Shown: positions 12,013 through 24,292, counted from the first letter of the whole stretch. The stretch: 52,413 bases of DNA, filler included, from Jimgerdemannia flammicorona (GCA_003990765.1; 2 parts of 2 records of this genome joined end to end with filler, not necessarily neighbours in it), one strand, 5' to 3'. Notes: generated by a model from the letters alone, not told the origin. A program made the numbers and translations.

Positions 12013-15000
12013 ATGTCGCCCTTTGCATCGTCATCTGGAGCAAATGAAATGCTGTCAGAATTCGATGATAACACACGTGTTATCGTTGCTATTGACTTCG
12101 GAACCTCCCATTCCGGTTATGCTATGGTGAGTATTACTATGGGTGACTTAATACCGAATCCTTTGTCGTTCTACATTATTTGAATATTTCGTCTTCTGAT
12201 CCGAGAACCATCCATCATACTCGCGCCCACAAATTATTAGATGCATGTCGACGACACTTCGGCCGCTGTCGAAGCGCAATATCGGTGGAAGAATCAACCT
12301 CAACCATACTGCAAAAATCTCACATCCATCCTCTACAAGTATGATTCAAGTACAGCGAATCCCTCCGTCGAAAATTGGGGATACACTGGTACGAGTTGGT
12401 TCCATCCTTGCCCTCCTCCCCAAAAGAAAATGACTCATAAACGTTTGCACATGTCTACCGTTCATGTAATGCTATACAGCACGGAATTTGGCGATCGGAA
12501 AAAAATTAAAAGAACGACAATATATCGATCGCTTCAAACTCTATTTGGATGAGGATATCGCAAACCTACCGGCACTTCCCACAGGAAGAACCGCATTGGA
12601 AGTGATTGCAGATCTTCTACGAAACTTACATGTTATGATTCTCTCAGAAATCGAGGGCAAATGGGGTGGCATGGTGGGGGCCGATAACATCGTTTGGTTT
12701 TTAACCGTACCCGCGATGTGGACGGAGAAAGCGAAGCAAAGCATGAGGGAGGCCGCAATCATGGCGGGGCTGGTAAGTTATTTATTGCGCCTGTGTAGCG
12801 TAACCATGGTTTTGAATATGTAACTGGCATGTTATATAATTACATAATGTACATAATACACTCCATGTCCTTCAATGCATCAAGGTTCCGGAAAATGAAA
12901 ACAACCTTAGGCGACTGAAAATTGTTTTAGAACCGGAGGCCGCAGCAATGACATGTTGTCAACAATCGCAACAGTTTTCGCTTGTACCTGGAGAAACATT
13001 CATGGTTGTTGATGCTGGTGGCGGAACAATTGATTTGGTGAGAATAATTTATTATGTTTCCTTAGAATTATGAGTCGAACGAGCCTCTCCTTATTATCGG
13101 TTATCCTTTTTCACTATAAAGACTGTTCACGAAATTCTTCACGATCCGAACACCAACACTGAGTCGCTACGGGAGATTTCTTGTGGGCACGGAAAATCGT
13201 GTGGATCTACATTTGTCGATGAAGAATTTCTCAAATTTTTCAAAGAAAAGCTTGGGGGAGATATTATTGACAGTTTTCGCGCATCACACGGGGCACCTTG
13301 GTTAGAAATAATGAACGCGTGGGAAGTTCTCAAGGTATGAGAGGACATTCAAAGGCCTTTATTTACGCTCGTGATAAAGGTATCGGGTGATTGATCATTT
13401 AACTTTGCACCGTTTTTCTCTAACATCAAACAGTGTGGTTTTGACGGAAATGAAAATGCAAAAGAGTATATTCAACTTCCATATAAGTTGCGCCAAATCC
13501 TAGTCAGAAACAACACAGATGTCTTCAACAACTACGATTCCGATAGTGATGAAGAGGAATTCGACAAAGTTACTATAACAGCATCAGATTTTTGTAGAAT
13601 CTTCGATCCAGTCATCAATAACGTGATAACACTAGTTGAAAAACAGCTACAAAGAGGTTGTCATACGCTTGATATAGAGCGACAGGGACAATCTGCCAAG
13701 ACCAACATATCCGTCGGCGCATGTGTGATTGATAAGATGTTTTTTGTTGGTGGATTCTCGAACAGCCCATATTTGTGGAAAAAAGCCAAAGAGAAATTCG
13801 AGTCCCGTGTAAAAATGTTCCGGCCCAGTGACCCTGGCAGTGCTATTGTTAAAGGAGCCGTGTTGTGTGGCAGATTTCCACGGTATGTGATTGAGTTACT
13901 CATAATTTAGTTAACATCGATTATTAATCTCGTCATCTCCTAACCCAAAACACGACATTAATTAAACAAATAGTTTCATCAGTAGTCGCCGTAGCCGACT
14001 CACTTATGGTGTCAAAACCTCCGGGCCTTGGACTCCTGATAATCCGGCTGGGGAATCTGTAAAAGTATGGAACGAGGTTCGTAATTTCTAGGTTCCATAT
14101 ACTTTGGAACTTACAGGGCATATACATAACATATCTTTATGGCAACTTGATGTCAGTGCATAAAAATCCAGAGAGCTCAAAATGAACATGCATAGCTAAT
14201 ATGATTTAACTTATGTCGCGGTATTCCAGGATGAGCAGATGGACTACGCAGATAATTTATTTCATATCATAGTAAATGTAAATCAAGAGGTGGGAATCAG
14301 GGATGTTATTTCAACCCCGTAAGTATTTATATTATTCTTGAACTTTGTTTGCTGTGACTCTTCTGATGGTCGGATTTCTACTCATTTGTGTTGAAACAGG
14401 TTTATTCCGGTCAGTTCGGATCAAGATTTTGCTGAATTGGAACTATACACAACTGATTTATCGAACCAAAAGTACGTGATCCCTTCCATGAAACTCGGGG
14501 CAACGTTAAAGGTGCCACTTACCACAACCGCCATTGAAAATTCGCTCCCTTTGAGAATACAATTTGTTCAAGATGTGAGTGGCAGTATGGATGGTGAAAA
14601 GCTTCTTGCATGCAAGGATGGACTTAAAGCAATCTGCCGCAAATTGGCAAACGAAGCCGATGAAGTTGGTTTGATCAAATTTGGGTCCGCTGTTGAGATC
14701 GTCAGGTATTTGCAATATTCCGAATGGTTCATGCCATTTCAATTACAATTTTACCAATCTTAATAATGCTCGGCTCTTACGTATTTCGATACATTATCAA
14801 CTAGCGCTATTCAACCGCTTTCAACTAACATTGAAAACGAGATCGATAGTCTTCGTGTCGGTGGTATGACCTCTTTGCACGACGGCATCGTTAAAGGACT
14901 CCAAATGCTCAAGAAACGTGAAGAAATCTCCGGGCAGTCAGAAACAAAGAGCATCCTTTTCGTTTGCACGGATGGAGAAGAGAACAGCTCCAAAACCAAA

Positions 15001-15357
15001 TTTTCTGAGATCGAAGCTCTGCTCAAAGACTCAAGTATCTCCAACTTCAAAATGATGTTTGCCTTTGCTGGGAACACGAACACAAACGCTGCACTATATC
15101 AGCTATGCACTTCGGACGAGTGCAAAGCTTATTGCGAAGTTGTTCGTGTCCACGATTCCGGAGATGGTATCAAGGAAGCATACAAGGCGATGGACAAAAA
15201 AGTGCAGCTGCTCAAATCCGGCCATTCGCTCGAAGACAAAGCCATTAGGTTGGATATGAAATTTGGGGGAACGCATATTACAGCCGAGGCTTTCGTTGAG
15301 GCATCTGGGGCGAGGGAAACGGTTACGGTGGATTTTTATTCGAAGACATACACATGA
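12013..15357 (+). CDS. HSPA12-like atypical Hsp70 with inserted VWA domain, copy B2, intact (~806 aa); exons 12013-12126, 12241-12388, 12480-12772, 12885-13037, 13122-13334, 13434-13882, 13974-14076, 14230-14318, 14400-14705, 14805-15357
   Basis: Nine GT-AG introns give a 2421-nt open frame. Actin-fold ATPase motifs [46 protein letters not shown] / GGMT / CTDG; HSPA12-type tail [32 protein letters not shown]. Confidence 0.92.
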
Positions 15358-18300
15358 TCTGCATGTAAAATATTTTTCGATCTACTGTTCCATGTTTTTG
15401 AAACCATTTTCTATTTTGCGGATGACGTGACTGTCTATATTGCTTCAACCGAAATTAAATAACCGCTCATAACTTATTCAGTATTGGTCCTTGACATTAA
15501 GTGTTGAAAGATGGTTGACGGAAATAAATATGATCATTCGAAAATTGGATTGTCATGACGAACTGATATTATGTTTAAATACATCGAGTGCCTGACTACC
15601 AATAAAAATTTTATCCTCGACTTTCTCACAACACGTCAGAGACATAATATACAGAACACTTCAGTTATGGATGTAACGTAGTTTGAGATAGTGACTATAT
15701 TTGAATTAAAGTCTTCGAAGATATATTATATACAGTTTGACTATTATCGGGATGTGTTGTACGAAAACGGCACGTTTTGAACCATTAGTACAGTTCGTTC
15801 AATCCGACACAAATCAAATCCTGGTATGCTGTTATTAACGTGGCAATATTTGGGCATACAGCCTGAGCATGACCTGCGAGCATCAATGTCAAGGGTAACT
15901 CTGTCAGTTGCGACTAATATTGTATCAACTCACGAAACGCATTAAATGGGTGCCATAGACCTTCGGCCGTGAACTACCCTTTCCAACCTCGACGTTCTGC
16001 ACGTGACTCGCTATCACCCATGAAATATTGTCTTGAGCAAATTTTCTGTATGAAACCGGACGGAAATTACAAGGGAACGCTGCTGCGCGTGATAATTAAA
16101 GATCCCTCCGACGTTCAAAATGGCGGAAACGCGCCTTCGAAACGTTCCAAATCAAAGTGGCTTATATTCCCGCTTTTCGGAAATTTCCTGAGGTTTCCTT
16201 TGTGGGTGTTTGCCTTTGACGATTCCATTTTTGGCATTCTACGCTACGCTTTTGCAGAAATTATTGACAAGAGTTCTAGCTGCGAGATGTGCGGCCAAAG
16301 CCCATTTACGATAACAACGACGGCGAAGAATGATTTTGCTGCACTCCCTTCCGGCAGTGTGAACTTTAAATTCGGGATTTCTAGTTGGGTAAACCTAACC
16401 CATTGGTCCATCTCCCTGCGGCCAAGCGGTCGATCCTCCTGAGAACAATATTACCCCCCTTCCCATGCTTAAACAAGTTTCGAGTCATGCAAATCAAATC
16501 GGGCGCGAGATCCACAATCGCCGCTATCACAAGCGTCGCATGCTACCCCTTCGCGAACTCGGAACGTGAGCGAATCATCGCCGGCTTGTTTCGTATTTCA
16601 GACAATAAGTCAAGGAGTTGGTGCATTGGCGGCTCCCCAAATTGTTGGCGTCATTATGCATTGTCGCCACGCGCGTCCATTGGCTTCGAGTTTCATTTGT
16701 GGGTCTCACATCATAGTTTTTTGAATAGGCATCATGGGGCCTCGATCTGGCGTCTTTCCCAATCGTTCTTTCCCTTTTCCGTCTCGCTAAACATTTCCAC
16801 TGGAAAAGGGCAGGTCCCCCCTTTTTTTTTTCTTTTTTTTCTTTTTTTTTTTTTTCGGGGTGCGTGAATAGATTTGGGATTGGGGGATTGGGCAGAGATG
16901 AAAGCAAGGGGCAGCATAGGCCCTCTTTGGGCATTAGCCATTCCCTCACTAGACATCTTGCCTCCTCGAGGAAGACCGCCGTGGGTCCCGAGGCGATTTG
17001 GCAACGAAGCCCATTGCGCAATTTAATTGCGCTGCAAAGATCCCCAATTGCCGAATTTCCCACCAGAGACGGTTTTCATGTGCTTGCTGCGGCCTTATCG
17101 TCATCGGCGGAGTGCCTGGGTTGAAAAGTGCGTTTCATATATGTCAAGCTTTTTTTTTTTCCTTTCTACCTCGCTAAATACATGTTCTCCGATGCCTTGT
17201 GGCCAGTTCGACGAGGCTCAGACCCGTGCTCCGGAAGCGGCTCTCCGCTCGGAATACAGTCACAAAATGGGCAGCTGACCCGGAAATTGCCCGCCCATTC
17301 CGAGCTGGTCCGATTGGCCGATGGGCGTCCATCACGTCTCGGGATACCGGATTGGGTGTGGCACGAGATTAAGACCGGGGCTGGAACGGTTGGTTTGAGG
17401 AAGGCGCTATTATGTCTTGAGCTTAAGGCAAGGCGACGCCAAGGAGTTGACTCACCGGCGGGAAGACTGTCCGGAGGAGTTCTCGCACGTGTGCGGGAGG
17501 CGTTTTTTTTTTTTTCTTCTTCTTAGCGCTGAAGTCTTGGCGCAAGGAAAAAACAAATCACGTCTACAGGCCATGGTAGAGGGCTGAAAGGCGTTCTGTA
17601 CACAATACAAGTCACGGTCTAACTGTCACGCCTGTGTGGGCGCCCTTACGCTCATTGTGTGTGTCTCCTCTGACACCCACTAACAGTTCCAGGCCGTCTC
17701 ACACGACCCAACATGACATGACATGTTTTTTCCTGGACTTCATTCCCATTATAGCCAGTCAATATTTGTCCACGTACACAAAACACAAATGTAGCGCCTC
17801 TTATCAAAGTCACAGAAAAGAATAAACTATAAAAAGGAAAAGACCAGAAAACATCTGACCCCGCTATTTCGTTAACCCCAAACCCAAAACGTAACATAAA
17901 CTATAGGCTTCCCGACCCCAGTCCCGCGGAGATTGCCTCGATTGATAGTTGTCGTAGATCGTACCCATTGGGCTGATCGCCAGGGGGTAAGGGGGTAGAG
18001 TTCATCCGATTTCGGTCACGGAGAAATGAAACCTACCAGGTTTAGGAGGGTTCAGATCGTTCCCAAAATCGGTCCTAATCCGCGAAGCAGCCCGATAGCT
18101 CTTTGACGGAGCCGTCCGAAATGGACAAAGCGGCAAATACGCCGTGGAAGCTTCCCATCTGCTTTCCCAATTCGTTCCCTAAGACCACGATTGCGAGGAG
18201 CTTAGCAACTTCGTGAATGAAACCCAGCCTTGATTTGTCGCCTTGCAGATCTGCTCGATCGATGGTCCGTGCGCAGTGCTCCCGCCAGGAAGTGTCGCCT

Positions 18301-19096
18301 AAACGTGGTGCCGTTTCACCGCGGCCACCGAGTCAAATATTACACCCTTCTCGGCGAGAACTCGGTGCCTGCGTAACGCAGTACCAATTAATCCCTTCCT
18401 TCGCGGCCGCCGTGCATAGGTCACAAGGATCTTTCAATAGCTTTGTTGACGCATCTTGACGTGGGTGGGGGACAAAAAAAAAGAAGATTAAGATTTCATC
18501 CATTTTCGTGGGACTAGAGACACGATCAGCGTCGGGCTGGTTCGCCGGCGCTCACGGAATTCAAACGATTGCTGGTGTTTGGGTGATACGCAAGAGGTGG
18601 TCCGTGCGCTGTCTAAATCCTTCCTGAAATAATAGAGTGCCTCGCGTGCTCTGCGTTCTCGACAGGTGCTCTGGAGCCGAGTCGTGGACGCACCGAGGGC
18701 ATCGTCCGTGAGACTCTTTGAGTGTCAGGGGGAGGGGGACTGGCCCTGCTGGGTCGAATGTTTGCACAACAAGGCGGGATCGGGGCATCGATGAGTCTGC
18801 GTTGACGCGTCTTGTGTAAACCTGCTGGGCGGGCGGCTAGTCGAATATCCGATCGTGAGTCATATTGAAAATATTAATGGGAGGAGCGATTTTTGACAGT
18901 TTGTGAAGATGTCTTGGCAATAGCAATCTAGGTCTAGGTCAATGGATGTATAGTGTACTATATACTAATAACGTAGACGTACCAAGATGGAGGGGGGTGT
19001 TGTAGCACCGCATCCAAGCCTTATTATTAGATGACGTCATCGATTAAAGGGTGACGCGTTTCATAGTCAAAAATCACATGATCATTCGAATGTAAG

Positions 19097-19272
19097 GTGA
19101 TATCACTATATGATATCACTATACGTGACATCAACTATATGATATCACTATATATGACATCACTATATGATGTCACTGTATGTGACATCATCATTTGTGA
19201 CACTACATTACCATATGTGACATAACATCATATATTATGTAACATCACCATATGTGACATCACTATATGTGA
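19097..19272. repeat. Degenerate minisatellite, ~13-16-nt unit TGA(C/T)ATCACTATA(TG)
   Basis: About ten imperfect tandem copies visible; two more GTGACATC at ~19367 and ~19382. Confidence 0.85.
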
Positions 19273-20099
19273 CCTCGTAAATCGTCGGTGATATAAATTA
19301 TGAGTAACATCTTTTTGTGATACATATATATATTTTGTGGTATAATTACGAGTACGTCTTTATATGGTGACATCTCATATAGTGACATCAATCTTTCCCT
19401 TGGATTAGATATGCTTCGCGAAAAAAAATATCCTTTTATAAAACTCATTATACAAAAGGAAAGCCTCTCTCATATCCTCCTATTTCTGCTTTCGCCCTTT
19501 CGCAACCTTTCTATTGAATTATTCACTGTCCCTATTCACCTCGCAAACATTCTTGTGATAGCTGTATGATCATAATTTAGCCCCTCATGGTTCTTCTCAA
19601 TTTCGTCCTCCCAAACTCTCAACCGTATTTTTTACGTACGGAGCCAACTGAGGCCAATGAAAAAGGAGTTACTAGTGCTTCCACCATCGGAAACTCTGTG
19701 GTGTTGATGGTGATAAAGTAATTGCCGTTCGGCTCTATGCTTTCCCAGGATAAATATCTTTCGTCAGATTGCAGCAATCTATTATTTCGTCCAACGATGA
19801 CAAGAACGATCCTAAATATCAGATGTACTATTTTTATGTTGGATCAGGATTCCAGGATCCTTAATAATACTCGCAAACGATCTGACATACCAAACAACCT
19901 TGCTGTCCCACGGAAGGAGGACAAGTCACGATATACCCCAGAAGCATTCTGAGGCAATAAATTTCAGATACTCACGTGTAAGACTGATGGAGGAAAAACT
20001 CAATAGGAATCATTAGATTTGTGTGTGGGCTCCTGAGGCATATCTGATACTGAATTGATAATAAATTATATCTCTTCAGAAATACTCATAGAAGTACTC

Positions 20100-21720
20100 T
20101 GCTAAGTATCAATAATGAACTCTAAACATTTGTAAGATAAAAAAATTTCAATATTTATATCTATATATTAAATATCTGTTATATTGGATCTTATTAAGTT
20201 TTATTAGTAACTGTCATACTAGTTCCTACACAGTATTTATTAAGAAACCTTAGATGATAATACTATTAAAAGTAATAGAGATAACTTATTAATATAAACT
20301 TTGTAATATAGTATATAAGTAGTAGTATTAATAATATATATCTCTTAATCTGTTATATATCTGAATTGGATTGTAAAAATAAAATTTCAAAATAAAAATA
20401 AAAAGATCAAAAATATTAAATAGAAATCAAAAAATTAAATTGCTAAAAAATTTACTTTTATTTTTTTTAAATATATTATAATTTTTTTTTTTTATAATTT
20501 TATAATAAATATTAAGTCAAAAAAAAAAAATTAAAATTAAAATTAAAAAATTAAAAAAAAATTTACAGCCAAATTTAGCTATAAAATGCATATGGAACAA
20601 ATTTAATAAAGCTTAAACTATAAAGTTTGATAACTTATCTCATAAGTTTAGACAAAATAACTAATATATAGTTAATATTAAAACTAAATTATTTGTCATT
20701 TTAAATATATCCCTTTGACTGTAGATAAGATTGTCTTTTAAAATTATTTAGCAGATAAATTAAAGTTTGAAAAAAATGATTTTTTGAAACATTGTTTTTC
20801 TGTTAAAAATATATCTCAATTTGTTTAAAAACAATTTTTTTTTTTTTTATAAAATTTTTACCAAAGATAGAATTATTATATAAAAAATTATTGGTAAATT
20901 TTTTTTTAAAAAGCTATTATGATTTTAAAAGTTATAAACTTTTAAAATCTTGCCTCTAAATATAGGTGCAAAACAGTCAAAGGAATATGTATTTTTATTT
21001 TTTATTACTAGAAATTTATATAATAAATATATATTCTATCTAAAAATTTCTTTTTTATAATTTAAATTTATTATTATTATTTATTATTCATATTATCTAT
21101 CTATATATCAAAGTTTATTTCTAATATTATATTATTATAATTCAGTTTTATTGAGTTAACAAATATGATAATAGTTTATTTGCTTAAATAAATATTATGT
21201 AAGTTAGTATTTATATAAAATAATAATATAAATATAAAAAATTAATAGTAGATATAATATATTTATAATTTATTTTAGTCTAAGTATTTCTAAATAGTTC
21301 TGATAATTAGAAAAGATAAAAAAAAAAAAGAATATTATAATTTTAAAACTTTAAAGCAAATTACTTTATTTAAGTTTAAGTTATTGAGATATATAATAAT
21401 TTAATTAAGTAATTTTATATTTTAAACATAACTATTATTAATAATAAATTTATTTAAATTATTTTTAGAATATTATTAATTATTAATTATTAAACCATTT
21501 CAGTATATATATATATTTTTTTTAAAAAAAAAATTAATAAACGTAAACTAAAACATAAATATATTATAATTTTATAATTTACTTATAAAAAATTAATTTT
21601 TAATTTTTATTTTATTTTTATAGTCAACTTTATACTGTATGCCCATTTAAATACAAATTAACTAAGGGGTTTATATATATATTAATATTCATATCTATTT
21701 TTATGTCTTTTTATTAAAGG
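20100..21720. other. Extremely AT-rich non-coding block, probably a heavily C-to-T-decayed repeat
   Basis: No ORF >60 aa, almost no CpG, long A/T runs, abrupt return to normal GC at ~21725. Origin from a decayed TE is inference. Confidence 0.7.
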
Positions 21721-22068
21721 TTTAGTAGACAGTAATGAAAAGGAATGTGGATCGTACAGAGGAGGCGGAGATTTCACTTACATACCACGCTGTGTCCTTC
21801 CTAACTCTCATAGAAGCGTTGGCTCAAATTTTCGAAAAGGGCGGGACCGTGCTGACGATGGCTTGGTTGGTGTTCAAGCACTGCAAGTCAGATGTATTCG
21901 GCCACGTAGGCATGAAACTGCGCAGCTGCACGATGGAAGTGATGGCGGTGATGTCATGGCAACTAATGCAGTCCCGTCACGTGGGTGTGAGCAGCCCCCT
22001 TTTTCTACTTCATCTGATAACGAACACACGAACCACAGTGAATATCCCCCTACCTCCTCAACCCTACC

Positions 22069-24292
22069 ATGTCCTTCCGCCATCCCGAAAACGCCCACAC
22101 CGACCGCCTTAACATCGCCCACAAACGTATCGGCTCCGTCGACCTGCCTCACCGTCTCTTTAGCCAACAGAAACGACGCAAATTTGCCGACACGCCGCAA
22201 AGTAACGGCAGAGTGTGGCACGAAGAAGGAGACTATCACCACACCAACGCGCCCGCTTTTCTACCCTCTCCTGCTGATGTGATAAAGGAGAATGATAGGT
22301 TGGAGTCTGAGCTGAGAGAGTTCATAAGTGCCGGAAACAACTTCTACCACAACGCCACGCCAAGCGACCCACCTTTCCCCTCCTCCTCCATTGGCACCGG
22401 TATCCATCTGCCATCGGCCACTGGAATGCAGAGGATGGGCGGAATGGGGTCTGAATCGAAAGAAATTACGCGAACCGGATCCAATTTGCACCATGACGAT
22501 AGACGTATCCACCCGCCCTCACCGTTCCCGGCTTTGCCTTGCAGCGACTCACCTTCGCCGCAAGCACATGACACAATATGGCCCGAACTTAGAGAACCCA
22601 CAAAAGCCAGTCACGGCTACTGGCGTAAAACCCTTCCTTCGCTCTCCTCACGCTCGCCGTCTCCGGTGTCGAAGTATCGTGATGAGGCCCGCGAGTCTTA
22701 CCATGGCGACATGTTCACCCGCTTGCCGTCACTTACTCGCTCAATTTCCCCCCGCTCCGCATCCTTGACGCCGCCTCTGCATTACAGTAGTGAAACCGCG
22801 CATGTCCCCCACGGCAACACGCATTTAAACTACCCCTACGGAGGCGTGCTCACACACCGGCCCTTGCTCCCAATCGCTAACTTCTCACACACCGCGCCGG
22901 ACTTGCACAGTGGCGGCGTGCAATCGGCCTCTGGCCCAACCTCCACATCGTTTCAATCAGCATCTGACTTGTACAACGACGACAGGCTCACCGAACTTCC
23001 TTTGCTGGCCCCGCCAAACGTTACCCGCGCCGCGCCCGACTGCTACCCTAGTGACATGCACACGGGTGACCTACCTCCTTCCTTCCTACATCCGACATTT
23101 TTAAAAGTGACATGCTTACCTTGTCTCTCTCAAACTTCTTCCTCATTCAGATATCTCCCATGGTGAAAGGCCTTCCCTAGCCGTCTTCAACCCTTCACAC
23201 ATGGCACCGGACTTCAATCGTGGACACACGTACCCGACGTTCGACTCACCCTCTCCCCACGTCGCAGCCGATTTCTACAAAACAGATATGCGCCCGGTCT
23301 TCACTCTCACGCCTCCCCACGTCGCATCCGGCTTCAAAAAATTAGACATGCTCACTCTCTATCCCTCGCTCCCACCCTCGGACTTTACCTACACTGTACC
23401 CGATTTATATAAGAGCACTGCACAATCGCTTCCACCACACACCTTCTCTAACCCCGCACCGAACATTCACCAACGCGACACGACCGACCTCTCCTCCTCC
23501 GCTTCATCCGGGTCCTACCAAAGCGACACGCTCACCCACCAACCGCCTACTAATCACTCCCACACATCATCGAGCTTCCAGCCCGTCAACACCGAACTAC
23601 TACCTCACCACGGCCTCATCTGGCTCCCTCCAAACGCCTACCTCCGCGGCCCGCAACCCCAGCCCCCCACCTCCCGACCAACACCAAAGATTCTCTGCAT
23701 TGATCTGACGTCCTCCCCTTCGCTCTCCCCCAGAGCGTCGGTTGACATGGATGAAGTTGTTCAGGATCCGGTAACATTTGACGCAAGTTCGAGGCCGACA
23801 TACGGAATCTCATCCTCCAGAGCTTTGTCTTTCGAACCTCCATTGCACGTATCTCCTTCTCCCGCCATCACCCTCGGCCGCCCCACCGGCCACGCTCGCG
23901 GCTCGCGCAACCTCCCCAGGCACGCGACGAACACACTGAAGGATTGGCTTGTTATCCACAAGCATCACCCATACCCGATGGATTGGGAGAAGGAAGGGTT
24001 GGCGCGCTCGACAGGGCTCTCCGTGAACCAGGTCGATCAGTGGTTCATCAATGCTAGGAGAAGGTATCTAGAGGTTGAGAAAGGAGAGGGAATGGGCAGC
24101 GAGGAAGTGGAGGTGGATGAGTTGGGGAGTGAGTGTGAGAGTGAGAGTGGAGGTAGAGAGGTAGATAGTGCGATAGAAGAGAAGGAGAAGGAAGAGAAGG
24201 GAAAAGAGAAGGAGAAAGCAGAGAAGGAAAAAGTGGAGGAGAAGGGGAAAGAGGAGAAGGAGATAGAGGAAAAAGACGATAAGGAAGAGTAA
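22069..24292 (+). CDS. TALE-class (KN/TGIF/Cup9-like) homeodomain transcription factor, with a frame break at ~23050-23200 (intron or frameshifts)
   Basis: Homeodomain RNLPRHATNTLKDWLVIHKHHPYPMDWEKEGLARSTGLSVNQVDQWFINARRRYL (~23906-24070) with the PYP loop and WFINARRR. Two consecutive Pro/Ser-rich ORFs (22069-23166, 23201-24292) in different frames share an internal repeat; Glu/Lys-rich tail. Confidence 0.8.

Larger units (their letters stand above)
8487..15950. repeat. Tandem segmental duplication, unit 2
   Basis: Colinear homology to 203-8097, same orientation. Confidence 0.95.

Noticed and set aside
15969..18788. Several 75-160-aa ORFs in CpG-rich DNA
   Set aside because: Overlapping on both strands, running through poly-T/A tracts, often non-ATG starts, no domain or consistent splice model found.
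19560..20000. Possible minus-strand exon remnant
   Set aside because: Short open frames and a GTGAGT-like donor exist, but no recognisable protein.
22069..24292. Homeobox gene as a mating-type HD locus
   Set aside because: No divergent HD2 partner or MAT-linked genes; C-terminal HD with WFINARRR fits Cup9/TGIF-like factors.
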